A stretch of DNA of 62,892 nucleotides, filler included, from Choristocarpus tenellus KU-1152 (lineage: Eukaryota; Protista; Phaeophyceae): assembly GCA_964200185.2 (NCBI GenBank). It is 9 parts of 9 records of this genome, joined end to end, with 100 filler letters (N's around TTAATTAATTAA, not from the genome) between each part and the next. Parts side by side here need not be neighbours in the genome. Positions count along the whole stretch, not along the records: positions 1 to 7,629 come from CAXNAD020005845.1; positions 7,730 to 10,909 come from CAXNAD020021739.1; positions 11,010 to 21,762 come from CAXNAD020002736.1; 6 more parts are not named here. One strand, 5' to 3'. The notes under the pieces were generated by a model. It saw only the letters and a program-made list of their open reading frames with translations, was not told the origin of the DNA and did not search any database. The position numbers were made by a program, and so were the translations under genes. Below, in pieces: positions 1 through 12,110 of this stretch (position 1 is the stretch's first letter; the number at the start of each line of letters is the position of its first letter).

Positions 1-728
1 CCCCCCAGATACTTTGACCCTACTAACGCATAACTTCGTTTCTACTCCCCAGTAAAACCTCTTTTACTATTGACCCTTCCAGGCCGGCAAGTAACAACCA
101 CAATACAATAGCAAACATTCTACACTCCTTGTTCTAAGAGCTGCTAAATATCATCCAGACTCAATGAAAGACAAATGCAGCAATGACAAACCAAGCACCG
201 TGCAATATAGAAACAAAAATAAATACACAGGGAAAGAGCGAACAAGAGGCATGCCTCCCGCAGTTGTTCACCCTCCTGTGCTCATTGTTGCTGCTTGCTG
301 TGCACACTGATAATAATGGCACACAACACACTACGGATTTACATTGCGCTGCTGCAGAGTTGCAGAGCAGGACGTGGGATAGGTAGGGGGAGAATGTGAG
401 CTTGGGGCAGAATTAAAGCTCCCGCAGCACACAGGCAAAGAGAAGTGGGTAGTAGTAGATCGTGTTTTCGAAGAAGGTGCTATGTTGGGGATGTATCGAA
501 AAGGCATGTGATAGAGTAAACGACATCCAACCACGAGGTCAGCAATTGCCATGGACTGACAGAATTCAGTCCAATACCTGGAAAGAAGAACATCTAAAAA
601 TGATCAATAGGAAGGAACCATCTCTTTGAAGGACAGGTTGCCTTCCTTCATCTTACTAGTAATCTCCAAGGGCCAACAGTTCGTTACTGCAACGACACAT
701 TGCAGTGGCAGGATAGAGAAGAACTGCA

Positions 729-906
729 AGACTCAAAGTATCTGGGGGAGGGGGGCGGTCTACACCAGGGTGTCCATTTGGACCATGAACAGGAAAGTAC
801 ACTTACATTATCCATCTAATACATGCAACCAAATCATCAAAACATTGAGTTATGAAAAAATAGGCCCCAGATGGACAGTCACCAGCCCCCCCAGATACTT
901 CGAGGC
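729..906. mobile_element. MITE family B (~180 bp), full copy
   Basis: TIRs (GA)CTCAAAGTATCTGGGGG...CCCCCCCAGATACTT(C)GAG, non-coding. The same interior (TACACCAGGGTGTCCATT...ATGGACAG) recurs at 6478-6658 and 48632-48815. Partial copies at 1-20, 7560-7629, 11010-11088, 26873-26919, 27020-27130, 34358-34403, 48511-48605. Confidence 0.85.
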
Positions 907-1019
907 GCAACAATGTGCTCACCTGATTGCCATCATCACCTGGAGCCCCAAATCCTCAGGAGGGGCATCCCTGTCGAGGGGCTGGGGGGTGAAGTATCTC
1001 TATATTCTAACCGCAGTCT

Positions 1020-2140
1020 TCGTCAAGGTCAACAAGATCTTTCGAAGGCACTAGCCACAAAAAAATAATGCTGCAAGAAATACCACACAGACCAGACTGA
1101 CTATCGATATTTGATGGTGATGTGACCAGAGTTGAGGTTTTACACACTGAACACAGGAAATCATGCTTGGCGTTGTCGCCTCCTCGATTGAGGACAAGGA
1201 CTTGATCCCCTCTTCCCAGGATGGATAGTCATCATGCTCGCCTTTCATAATCAATTTGTTAATCTGCAATAGATGAGCAGTATATAAGGGTTGGTGAAGG
1301 GTGGCTGGCCACAGGTGGTGATGACAGGGATAGCTCACAAGGCCGCCCATGGCCAATCCCCCACATGAGCACAATATTGTGGTTTGAAGTAGGTAGTCTA
1401 CACTCAACACACACACAGGTCTGTATTTAGCGTATCAACTTTGAGTTTTACCAGCAGACCTAACGATGAATATGTAGCCACAGCAGAGCAACAACATGCA
1501 GTGGCATATCGACCCTAGTCCAGTCTTTGTAGCCCCTGCAACAAACTATGTCCAGCCCCTGACAACATGCACTCCATGGGTGTTAAGTGATGTTTTGTAC
1601 TCCACATCACGTGTGACCGTTCTAAACTTGGCATCTGGCCACCAATTGCTTAAAGATATTGAGAGTGTGTTCAAGTTGACCCACAGTTTTGTCGTGCTGG
1701 GACTGCCAAGAAGACAAGGGGAGTGTTTGAGGCAGTGACAATCACACTGGTCACGTGCTCATCTCTTCCTCATGACTGGTTTGTACTTCTCCACAATGGC
1801 CAGGTCAACATTCTCCACTTCAGAGACAGGATCATTGCACTCAGCAATAAGCATGCGGAAGGCTCGCTTGACATTGGCCTGCTGCCTAGTGTAGATAATT
1901 GCTATTGTCACATGAGCAGCCGCATGTGATGTTTCGTATGGTGTACCAGCCGATGTACAGGTGTGTTGTTGAGTGCGGTGAGTATTGTCACGGTAGAAAG
2001 TGGGACCACAGCACTCTGTACCAAGGTGTACAAAGTATGTTGTGTACAGGCAAGCTTTGGCCATTTCCGCTGGCTTTCGAATACTGTGCTTCTATTTTCA
2101 GAAGTCTTTCAATGCTTAATCCGTCATTGTGCGTGTAGGG
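1020..2140 (-). pseudogene. Highly decayed non-LTR (LINE-like) reverse transcriptase remnant
   Basis: Minus strand near 1380-1430 reads KYRPVCVLSVDYLLQTTIL, resembling the LINE RT YRPISLLNVDYKIL motif. Multiple stops and frameshifts; boundaries approximate. Confidence 0.4.
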
Positions 2141-3579
2141 AACCATTTGTTCCAACCTTTGGTGGGTCTAGCTAGACCTTCTTGAAGGAGACTCTTGGGA
2201 AAGATCAAGCAAATATATTTTCTGGAGCGCTTACACATGGATATTACCTTGCAATTCTATTTGACTAGAAGGCTTACGCCTTCAATTAAGATGCTTGGAA
2301 CAGCCGAACAAACTTGAACCAAAGTGTGATGCAACTCGAGCAACGTATACTATTCTTGCGTGTGGAACGCAGAGCGATTGTTTTGTACTACAGTGTTCTG
2401 ATGGTAATTGACGTAGTGATGATGAACTTGTGACAGTAACGACCGGAGCGTAAGAGACCAATTACCAGTGTTGACTGGTGGAACTGTACCCTATATCAAC
2501 GAACAAACAGATGAGTAGGCTATGTTTGAACACCTACATCCCGTGCCTTGCCACCCATCGACCTTTCACCAGCTCCAGGCACAGAAGCAACGAGAAATTC
2601 AATCGGTCGCTACTCAGATGCTGAGTTTTCTATACCATCAACATATCCAAAAGGGATGGATAGGTGATCGAAGGAGACATAATGATTTGCTTCAGAGCGT
2701 TTCTGGAGCTTGATACACACATGTGCAAGATGGGGCATGTTTGACGGGGCAGTTCCCAAGAAGTAGTTGACCTCACACCATAATCCGGAGTATATGACAA
2801 GGCCTTGGATCAGCAGGAACATCAGCAGGGGAACGCGTTTTAGTGATTGGTCTAGGGAAGACGGCTGAAGGAACTCTAATTGGGGGGGATCATGGCTATC
2901 TCGTAGGTCGCTGAACACGTTCGTCCCTACACCTGGGGCAGTAGTTTTACCCTGATCACTGATCCCTTCGCTCTCGTGTGGCCCTGTGTAAGAGTCGTAT
3001 AGTCGTAGTGTTGAGCTCCCCAGGTGGGCTCTTCGCCCTACGGACTAGGATGTGGAGGTCGAGGTGTTGGGTCGGTGTAAGGACCAACTACCATATGCGC
3101 TACCACAACCCTCTCCCTTGGCTACATACACAAGGTTTTGACAGTGGTATCTCCTTTCTTGAGACGACCAATCTGATGGCAGCCTCAGGACATACAGGGG
3201 GGCTAGTGAAGAGTAGTGAGGAGCCTCCCTAAGGAGGTGAGAAACTACAAGTATAATGAACGGAACTGTAAGTATTTCATGTACTTCTCGTGCAGATAGC
3301 TTAGATTATGAAATAATGAGGAAATCGAATATACTTGATAAAAAATAGAAGAGATATCATTTCTGCCAGAGTTATTTCAATCAAACAATCAATCCCATCG
3401 TGCAAAGATAGTAGATACATTTTGTGTCTGATAGTGTGCACTCTTTACTGATTGCAATATTGTGTCTACATGCTTTTCATTATTTTTATTAAGTCGACTG
3501 CTCCTGTCACAATCTAACACAAACTTGCTTGGTCTGCTTCACGCTCTCAGGGTCAGCTCTTGCTGAGATAATACTTTTT

Positions 3580-3835
3580 GAGTTAAAGTATCTTAGAGGG
3601 TATGAGTTTTGCCCTGTTTGTCCGTTTGGGACTTGGCTTCCCTTACATTTTCCTTTCCGAAATGTTTCGGAGTAGGTAAAATGTGTACGTTTTTGGAGTA
3701 GGTGTGAAAAGGCGTGTCCGGAACAAGGATATTGACACCTCCTAACAAACACAACAGCCAAAATTACGTCAAAATCGCAACATTGGATTTTCATCCCCAA
3801 ACGTACGCGGGTTTTCCCTCTAAGATACTTGACTC
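3580..3835. mobile_element. MITE family A (~255 bp)
   Basis: TIRs GAGTTAAAGTATCTTAGAGGG...CCCTCTAAGATACTTGACTC. Interior shared with 5051-5310, 21531-21762, 27465-27782, 50377-50635. Confidence 0.9.
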
Positions 3836-3948
3836 TTTGTAATCGAATATGACATAGTCAAATAAATGTCACGGCTTGCCCTTTTCCGTTCACTACATCA
3901 CACGTAATACGTTGTGAGATACGAAAATATATATATATTAGAAAGGTT

Positions 3949-4165
3949 TGTGATAGCCACCTTCATGCCAGGGTATACCTCCGAAGCGCCCTCCCTCTAC
4001 AAGATATTCCTCAGAGCCTGTTCCCTCTGATGACACCAGCACTCCCTCCTGATGGCATCAACATCAGGATGTTGAGTGGATTTTACAAGTCCCACTCGTT
4101 CACTTCCCCTGTCACTTCTCTTCTGAGTAACCCTCTTAGACATGACTACCCCTTCTCCTCCCTCT
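3949..4165 (+). mobile_element. Truncated LTR copy (TGTGATAGCCACC family)
   Basis: Starts TGTGATAGCCACC like 4185 and aligns with 4586-4790 (CTGATGACA..CACTCCCTCCTG..CAAGTCCCACTCGTT..CATGACTACCC). Confidence 0.65.
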
Positions 4166-4184
4166 TTATATTGATTAGAGGGAT

Positions 4185-5011
4185 TGTGATAGCCACCTGT
4201 TGAAGTATTCCATACTGGATTCGCGGTTGATCAATCGCATGGCTTAGTAGAGGACAGGTTGGTGTGAATATATAATGTTACAAGGGGCTTTTGGTCTCAA
4301 TTCCGTCTCAATTCCATTGGTGGAACTCATGGGGTGAAACAGGTGTAGTCAACCGTGTGGGATTTGCAACGTCCACGTGGATAATAAAAAACAATACTAC
4401 TATCACTGGATCATAAGTACCAGTATGATACACGAACGGATAATTTACAATCAGGTCTCTGCAATACATGAACCGGGGGTAGAGCTAAGCTGGAAATGTA
4501 TGGAAACAAGTAACTGGCTTATACGATTTCCTAGTCCACTCCTCTAGTGGTGTCTGTAATGTATCAGCAGCAATACCAACTAACACCACCATCATGCCAA
4601 ATTGTACCTCCGAAACTCCCTTCTTTATGGGGTATACCACAGATTCTATTCCGTCTGATGACATCAACACTCCCTCCTGGTGGGATCAACATCAGGGTGT
4701 TGAGGGGGCTTCCAAGTCCCACTCGTTCCCTTCCCTTGTAACTTCTCCTCTGAATGACCTTCTAGGGCATGACTACCCTTCTTTCTTGTCTCTCTCCTTT
4801 CGACATCCTCCTGTTGGTCTTCCCGCTCCCCTTCGTTCTGAAGAACATTTCTGCTAATTTCTGCTTATTCCACAGGTTCTGATATATAATTCCACACGAG
4901 GAAATTAATCATTCTACGATCTCTCCAATCTGGAAAGTGGAGACTGCACATTTGGCTCCATTGATCTACTTTGAGCATAGAACGAGATGATATTTAAAGT
5001 GTACTGTCACA
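4185..5011 (+). mobile_element. LTR (TGTGATAG...CTGTCACA) interrupted by a nested solo LTR
   Basis: Inverted termini TGTGATAG/CTGTCACA, preceded by a purine-rich AGAGGGA. About 430 bp once the 4198-4585 insert is removed. Confidence 0.6.
4198..4585. mobile_element. Solo LTR (388 bp) with 5-bp target-site duplication
   Basis: Begins TGTTG and ends TAACA, flanked by a perfect CCACC duplication (4193-4197 and 4586-4590). Removing it restores colinearity with the uninterrupted copy at 3949. Confidence 0.8.
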
Positions 5012-5050
5012 GATGTGATGGATACCATACCTAATATAGTGGGATGATCC

Positions 5051-5310
5051 GAGTGAATTATCTTAGAGGGTACGAATGTTTGCCCTGTTTGTTTGTTTGG
5101 GGCTTGGCTTCTCATGAGTTATTTACGACATTTTCCTACTCCGCAATGTTTCGGAGTAGGTAAAATGCATACGTTAGCAAAAGGTGTGTTCGGAACAAGG
5201 AATGTTAACACTTCCTAACAAAAACGATAGTCAAAATTACATCAAAATGAGAACATTGGAGGATTTTGACCTCCAAATGGATGCGGCTTTACATTCTCAG
5301 GTCCTTTGAC
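5051..5310. mobile_element. MITE family A, degenerate copy
   Basis: TATCTTAGAGGGTACGAATGTTTGCCCTGTTTG... colinear with 3580-3835; right TIR eroded. Confidence 0.75.
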
Positions 5311-6477
5311 GAATTTTGATACCCTTAGTTACGGAGGTAGGTTATCTTCAGCACTAAAGTATCTACATGCACGAAAAACAAGAGTAGAGCACTTACGGTG
5401 TTTTTTTTTTGTACAACATAGGTGCAAGGAGTACATACCCATAGACCATTGTGCAGACATGCTGCAGTAGGCCATTTTATGTTCGATCTAAGTCAGGACT
5501 TACATGTTGAGGACTCATGTATTCCATGCACCCCAGCTACTTCACCTCTCCAACACTTGAGCTTGCCCTTGTGCATTTGCTTTGCATGTCTCCAGTTTGT
5601 TGGCAAGCTCTGTCGATCTCTCCTATAATTCACAGAGTGCAGGGTCATGAATAATCAGGAACCAAAGATCCACAAGAAGAGAAGGTACAAAGGCGGTGAG
5701 ATTACCAGAACCTGTGGCTTTTACGCAGATATCCTGTCCTTCAAAAGCCCCACCCCACGTCCTCTGTATCCAACAAATTGTAGACTTGGAGGAGATTTAT
5801 CATGCTGTTATACCTTGCACTCACCAATTTGGCTGACTCAAAAAATGTTATATGGAGGAGGTCCATACCTCAGGCGCTCTTAGCATCACTGACATGTCTT
5901 CCAGTTTTGAAGTCAAGCGCTCCCTTTGGGGAGAAAGACCAGAGAAATGAAACAAGATTAAATTGGTGGAGTAGAGGTTAGAGTAAGCAGTCCAGAGCCT
6001 CATGGCAATGTATTAGGGCTACACATTTTTCAACCATCGACCAGGCACACAGTGGCAAATTGAATGTGGAATATCATCAGGAATAATCAAAGCATTGTAA
6101 TGCCGACCTCATGCCGCCCATTAGTGAGAAGCTCATCGGCGATGAGCAGGTCCATTTCCAGGACTCCCAATACCTTCCTTGTTGATGTAATCTGTCGCCA
6201 CTGGTTAAGCAGAAGCTGCTGCACTTGGGGCCTCCTGGCACCTGCATGTTGTATGTTTCAAAAGGGAGGGCCATGAGCATGTATTTGCCAATGAGTGCAT
6301 TGCCAGTTGAATCAACATTATTTCTCCAATGGGGGTTCAAAACTACATGCCCTGTGTGGGACGTACTCACATTGCTAAAACCATAACCTGAATATGGATT
6401 TGAAGTATCTGGAGGGAAAATGAATGCATTGAGGAGATGCTTGAGTAGGATATATAACGTCCACCTAGCTCTTCATT

Positions 6478-6658
6478 GGTCTAAAGGTATCTGAGGGGGG
6501 GCGGGGCGGTCTATACCAAGGTGTTCATTCCACCCTGACCTGGAAAAGTGCACTTACATTATCCATCCGATGCACGCAAACAAATCACACAAAAATCGCG
6601 TCATGGAAAAATGGACCCCGAATGGACAGCCGCCACCCCCCCCCAGATACTTTGAGCC
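6478..6658. mobile_element. MITE family B, full copy
   Basis: GGTCTAAAGGTATCTGAGGGGGG...CCCCCCCAGATACTTTGAGCC; colinear with 729-906. Confidence 0.85.
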
Positions 6659-7629
6659 TTGAGTCAATACCTCTGCAAAATACCATGATCATGGCAATGC
6701 TACATGGGGGCTGGGAGAACCGAAGTAGTGAGGAAATATCCCTGCAACTGCTTCTACTTTACATGCGAATTATGACAAAGTAGTGATGCACTTCTTGGGC
6801 AAGAGGGTGATCATGCGTTGAAGGGATTCCCAAGGGTGTCACATCACAAGTAATATAAAATGTGTTTTCTACAGCACTATTCCAAGTGACTGTGCCTGGT
6901 TCAAAATGCCACAGACGGAAGACATGGGTATCCAGGTACATAGCGCAGGAAGTAGGTCACACAGACACAAAGTAATGACCCCCAGAGATATTTGAGAAGT
7001 GTGGAAGCCCAATGATGCAGAGAGTATACCTATTTCTTGTGGAGGGAAAGGAGCTGAAGTACTGGTGGTGTGAGTTTATACCTGAGTATAGATCGATACT
7101 GTCTTTGTACTTGAATCAGCAAACTGTGTTCTTGAAGCTTAAGACATTATGGCACAAGACAGTTCATCAAGCATGGTTGGCTCAAATTCAAGAGTAATTC
7201 CAATTGGCTCGGAAGCCACACATACGAATAAAATGACAATGGTGTGCAGGGTTAAACGTCCGAGCCAAGGCGTGTGTGAGAGCTGCAGGACTTGATGAGG
7301 CGGTTCCACTGAATATGGCATGTTGCTCGCCTTGGCGGGTCTTCCCCAAATGGAGAGGGCGGCTTCTTCAGGACAAATTGATATGCACTCCCAGTGGGGC
7401 TCTGGAAAAATAGTCCATGTACCATTGAGACCCTTCTGCTCGCAAGGTTTGCGGGGACCACAGAAGAGCTTGCCCAACAATCATCGTATTACCACTCTTA
7501 TGCGCCGAATCTGTGAGTAGATGGTGAGAACACTTGGGTCAGGCAGAGTGAGTAATGGGGAGACCCAAAGTATCTGGGGGGGGGTGGCGGCTGTCCATTT
7601 GGGGCCAATTTTTCCATGTCGCGATTCTT

Positions 7630-7729
7630 NNNNNNNNNNNNNNNNNNNNNNNNNNNNNNNNNNNNNNNNNNNNTTAATTAATTAANNNNNNNNNNNNNNN
7701 NNNNNNNNNNNNNNNNNNNNNNNNNNNNN
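7630..7729. other. Artificial contig-joining spacer (one of eight)
   Basis: 44 N + TTAATTAATTAA + 44 N. Identical spacers at 10910, 21763, 26920, 34258, 37285, 48411, 60045. Confidence 0.98.
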
Positions 7730-8770
7730 AAACATTCGTTTTCCCCACACTTACCAGGAGCATTGCTGCTCGGAGAGTCCTCAGTGGCGACCAGTAGTGC
7801 GTATCGCTGGTTGTTGCCGCAGCTGGTGGTACCTTCCACAGTAATGTGGGAAGGATTCGCCTCAATCTTGATCTCTCCTTCCCAGACTGCACCGTAGTCA
7901 AGAACACCGAAGTGCATGTTGTAGCATCATGGGCATGTCCACCACATTTGGTGCAAATGCGGTTTGGGCAAGCTGACTTCTCATGTCCATGCTTACCGCA
8001 TCTCTCACAAGGAATCTTCTCAGAACGTTTTGGGTTGGAATTAGAACCATGTTTCTTTCTTCCACCATTAAATTTACGTTCGGTACCGTGATCTTGGCTG
8101 TTGCGATGAGAATGACGCTTCCCTTGCGATGAGCTGTTAACGACCAAAGCATGGCTGCTCTTGTGTCTTGAGTCCTTCCCCTGATGAAGGGAAGCATATC
8201 GCTCTCTAGTAGTTTTCTCTATGTCTGCTCGATATAGTGTTCTCTGTGAGGCCATCATGCATATCTCGGTATCGTAATCTGATCCGAGAGCACTCAGGAA
8301 TTGTAGGAGCAGCAGCTTGTCCGAGATGACCAGGTCCATTGATAGCATCCTCCCCCGTAGCTTTTCCAGGTGGTTTAAGGTCAGGATCGTATTCGTCCCC
8401 TTCTCCACCTTTGAAGTGAAAAACTCACGGAACAAATGTTGGCTATTACCCACTGTATTAAGCATGAACCAATCATCTATTGCTCGGAAAAGCTCGCTCG
8501 GGCTTTGGTACGTATAGCATAGTGCCCTGTTGGTAGGTGCGACGAGAGTAACAGTATGTGCGTGATAGCCCTCTTTGGCCATCCAGATATCATTCGCACT
8601 GAAGCCGTCCGAGAGAAGTTCCTCGTAGGAGCGTTCTTGGTTGACTGATCTTTCACTTGTCAACGCATCCAAGCAGTGAGTATATTTGCAATGCACGATG
8701 AAACGCCTCCGCCAGTCCCGGTAATCCGAGTCGTCCAATAGTTTCGGTGGTTGGGTTCTTGATCTCTTTG
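7730..8770 (-). mobile_element. Ty1/Copia gag (truncated by assembly gap)
   Basis: ORF 7674-8738: Copia gag N-terminus (DDSDYRDWRRRF), UBN2-like QFLSALGSDYD, and two CCHC knuckles CERCGKHGHEKSAC and CTKCGGHAHDATTC. Confidence 0.85.
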
Positions 8771-8812
8771 TCGTAGGGCTAGCAATATGTGTGCCTGTGT
8801 CGAATAACCTAG

Positions 8813-8939
8813 TGTTATCCTTACGTTATCTGTGTTGATCCAAGTAAACAACATAGCTTATATGTACGTTGATCTTCAGTTCAGTACAATACAAGGTAGT
8901 AACGTACACAGCGGTATGTTATGGTAAGTTCGTGGAACA
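8813..8939 (-). mobile_element. Putative short 5' LTR (127 bp) of the minus-strand Copia, followed by a PBS-like GGTTAT motif
   Basis: Minus strand reads TGTTCCAC...GGATAACA then CTA GGTTATTCGAC, just upstream of gag. GGTTAT-type PBS is typical of Copia. Confidence 0.55.
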
Positions 8940-9152
8940 TTACAAATGGTATAGTGGGACCATAGCATCAAGTGGACAATACCTTACGGACAATAAATAA
9001 TTCAGTGTGTGCTTTACCATGTAATTCAACTGCTAGCTTCCGGCGACGAGCCTTACGTGCGCCAAACTTCTCAACTCGCTTAAGTGCCTAATACAAACTC
9101 TAGCTAGGGGAGGCGCAGCCGGACTGGTTTTGAACTTGGTTTTGCATCACTC

Positions 9153-10909
9153 ATGGCTACTGATGGGTTTCACACCAAACTCCTTCAACTTACTGACAAC
9201 AACTATGCTGATTGGTTTGCTACAACCTGGGCATTTTTGGGGGCGAAGGGGGACATTGACGAAGCATTAGAGTACAGGGAGGAACCCATCAAGGTGGGTG
9301 ATATTGATTTCGTCAAGCCGGAAGATGTGAATGAAGAAGAGATCACCAAGGCTAGCGTTCGAGAGCTACTAGACAACAAGCTGCTCGTTCGCGCTATTTC
9401 TCACTTCAACGAGAAATAGGAGATCGCGGAGAGCCTGGGAGTGCTCTGGCCGCGAGGACCGTGAAATAGGCTGGCCGAGGTGGCAGCCGTGATACGACTG
9501 GTCCCCGTATTGACCCTGGGACGACAGGATCCCGTTCCAGGGGGCTTACCAAGGCTTGAGAGACTTGTGATATGTGTGGATTGGTTAAGCATTTCAGTTC
9601 CTGTACATTCAGTGGATCGTGTTACAGCTGCGGAAAGATTGGCCACCCGCAAGCTGTTTGTCCTCAGAGGAGGGCAAGCCTTCAGAGGAGGGCAAGCCCT
9701 CAGAGGAGGGCAAGACCACCAAAGTCGGTTGTAAGTTCATATTGCCAGAGGGCGAACCCGTTAGGGTCAGCGGGAGTACTAGCTGGATCAGAGGAACCGA
9801 CTAAAACTGGAAGGAAGTTCAAGACCATGTTAGCCACTGTGGCTGATAATGGCAAGGTGAGATTGAATGCTTTGGAAACGTGGAGTTTTGATTCGGGTGC
9901 TTCCAACAGTGTGACGAAAGACTCACAGTACATGTATGACTTCACCACATGTCCACAAGGCCACAACATGACCGTGGCTGACGGCACATCACTACCCACT
10001 ATGGGGTGTGGCAAGATTGATTTAAATATCAATGTTGGCCGCGATGAGTGCGTGTATGTTACTCTCACATCTGTTGCATTTGTCCCGAAAGTAGCTTTCA
10101 ATCTTCTCTCTTCACATTCTGCTAGTAGGGCTAAGGAAGTGAATATGAAATTGATTGGTGATGCATATCATATCTGTGATGGGGAGGGTTTTCCGCTCGT
10201 TTTCAAGTGGAATGGATCCATGTACGCAGCTAATGCCGAAAGGTAACCACCCCGAGGAGAAACACCTTTGGCCGCAACTGTCTCTACAACACCCATGCAC
10301 ATCACTTTTTTTCATTGCATCCTCAACCATGCTGGTGAGAAAATTCTTCGACACACAGCTAAGGAACAAGGGATCACACTGACAGGAAACTTAGCGTGAA
10401 CAAAGTGCATAGGGTGCGCAAAAGGGATTAGGATAAAATAGTCTGTCCCAAAATCCACCACTGCACGAGTTAGGGGACCCTTCACTCGCGTCTTTATTGA
10501 CCTCACAGGACCGAAGAAAGTTAAATCACTCGGTGGGGCTGAGTACGCCCTGGCAATCGTCGATGATGCAACTCGCTTCACCTGGATACGACTACTCTTG
10601 AAGAAGAGCTATGCAGCCAAGGTTATTGGGCGATGGTTTAAGACTGAGATACTTCCAAGTGGGCGATGCATTAAATATATTCGACATGATTCTGGGGGTG
10701 AGAGGCAGAGTGAGGAATTCTAGGAATTGGTTATGGAAACGAGTTCAGTACAGGAAATGACCAGGACAAGTGAACCCCAGTATAATGGTGTGGTCGAACA
10801 TCGCATCGCGCAAGTGGATAGTGGTGCCAGGGCCAGCATTTATTCTGCAGGATTGGAGGACAAAATGTGGTTATGGGGAGAGGCATACAACCATTCAGCT
10901 TACATCCTC
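9153..10909 (+). mobile_element. Ty1/Copia gag-pol pseudogene (gag, protease, integrase), truncated by gap
   Basis: LTDNNYADW gag start; CYSCGKIGHPQAVC knuckle; protease WSFDSGAS; integrase motifs IDLTGP, IVDDATRFTW, IRHDSGGE, PQYNGVVEHR, LWGEA. Internal stops and frameshifts. Confidence 0.92.
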
Positions 10910-11269
10910 NNNNNNNNNNNNNNNNNNNNNNNNNNNNNNNNNNNNNNNNNNNNTTAATTAATTAANNNNNNNNNNNNNNNNNNNNNNNNNNNNNNNNNNN
11001 NNNNNNNNNAAATGCACTTTTCCTGGTCAGGGCCCAAATGGACACCCAGGTGTAGACCTCCCCTCCCCCCCCCCAGATACTTTGAGCCAACAGTGAGGCG
11101 TGATTCTACATGGAACAGTTACCCTGATGTTTCGGTTCATTTTTCAAAGAGGTGGTACACATGGGAACCTAAGGGATACACGAAGAAGCAGGTGATTCAA
11201 ATCAACCAAAGTTGGTTATTTTGTGATTACGATACGTTTAATATATATATATAAATATGGGATCTTGCT

Positions 11270-12110
11270 GCAAGGAGGGGCAATTCATCACCATTCCCCC
11301 TCAGGTGGTTGACCTCCGCCTGAGGCAAAATGGTTGTTTGTCTCACTTGTTGAGGACAGAACAAAAGGGTGCAAGATAACCATGGAATGCATGTAACAAG
11401 ATAGAAACAGAGATGCTAAAGGGAAACGCCTCCTCGAGGTAGAGGGCATGCCTGGATGTTCCACTACAACAACCCTTCCAGGCAGGCATGTAGATTCATC
11501 TATCCTTGATCATCCCTTTGGCAAGAAGGATTAGAGCTTGTCACCTTCCCAGCTGAAGAAGTTAAGTATGGTAGGTGTCCGTCCCCCTCATAACACCTGC
11601 CAGACCACACCCTTACTATGCGTAGCCACCTACATGTTGTGTGAACGTGGACATGTGCTACAAACTAACCAACATTGTTAAATTATGGCTGTGTTAACTT
11701 TTTTTCGAAAATGAGGAGCTTTGTCACATGGAGAGAGACTATTCAAAACAATTCCCCTTCAGGCGGTTTACGTCTGCCTGTGGAACAACAGTTGTCCGCC
11801 TCACTCTTCGATGACAACAAAAAAGAAATGGTACAAAATGACCATCAAATCTACACTACAACAACCTTTCCATGTAGGCAGGCTAGCAGGTCCATCTGTC
11901 TTTGGCCTCCCTTCACAACTACCTGCTTTTTCGTAAAATCACAGAGAGCTTGCCAAGTCACAGAGGGAGTGCGGACGCCACACTCCTTCGTTGTTTCCAA
12001 CCTGAAAAAAGAGGGGGAATGCTAGCTAGACGAGCTGCAGCAGGTTTCCGTCCCCCCGTGCAAACTTGCTTCCCAGGCCACACCCCTGCTGCGTGTGATT
12101 AGATAACTAC
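11270..12110. repeat. Diverged tandem duplication, period ~460 bp
   Basis: ATTCCCCCTCAGGTGGTTGACCTCCGCCTG (~11293) matches ATTCCCCTTCAGGCGGTTTACGTCTGCCTG (~11751). CACTACAACAACC occurs at ~11462 and ~11855; CCGTCCCCC..CCACACCC at ~11580 and ~12050. Confidence 0.6.

Noticed and set aside
5400-7540. Short ORFs on both strands
   Set aside because: No coherent protein; probably decayed retroelement sequence interrupted by a MITE.
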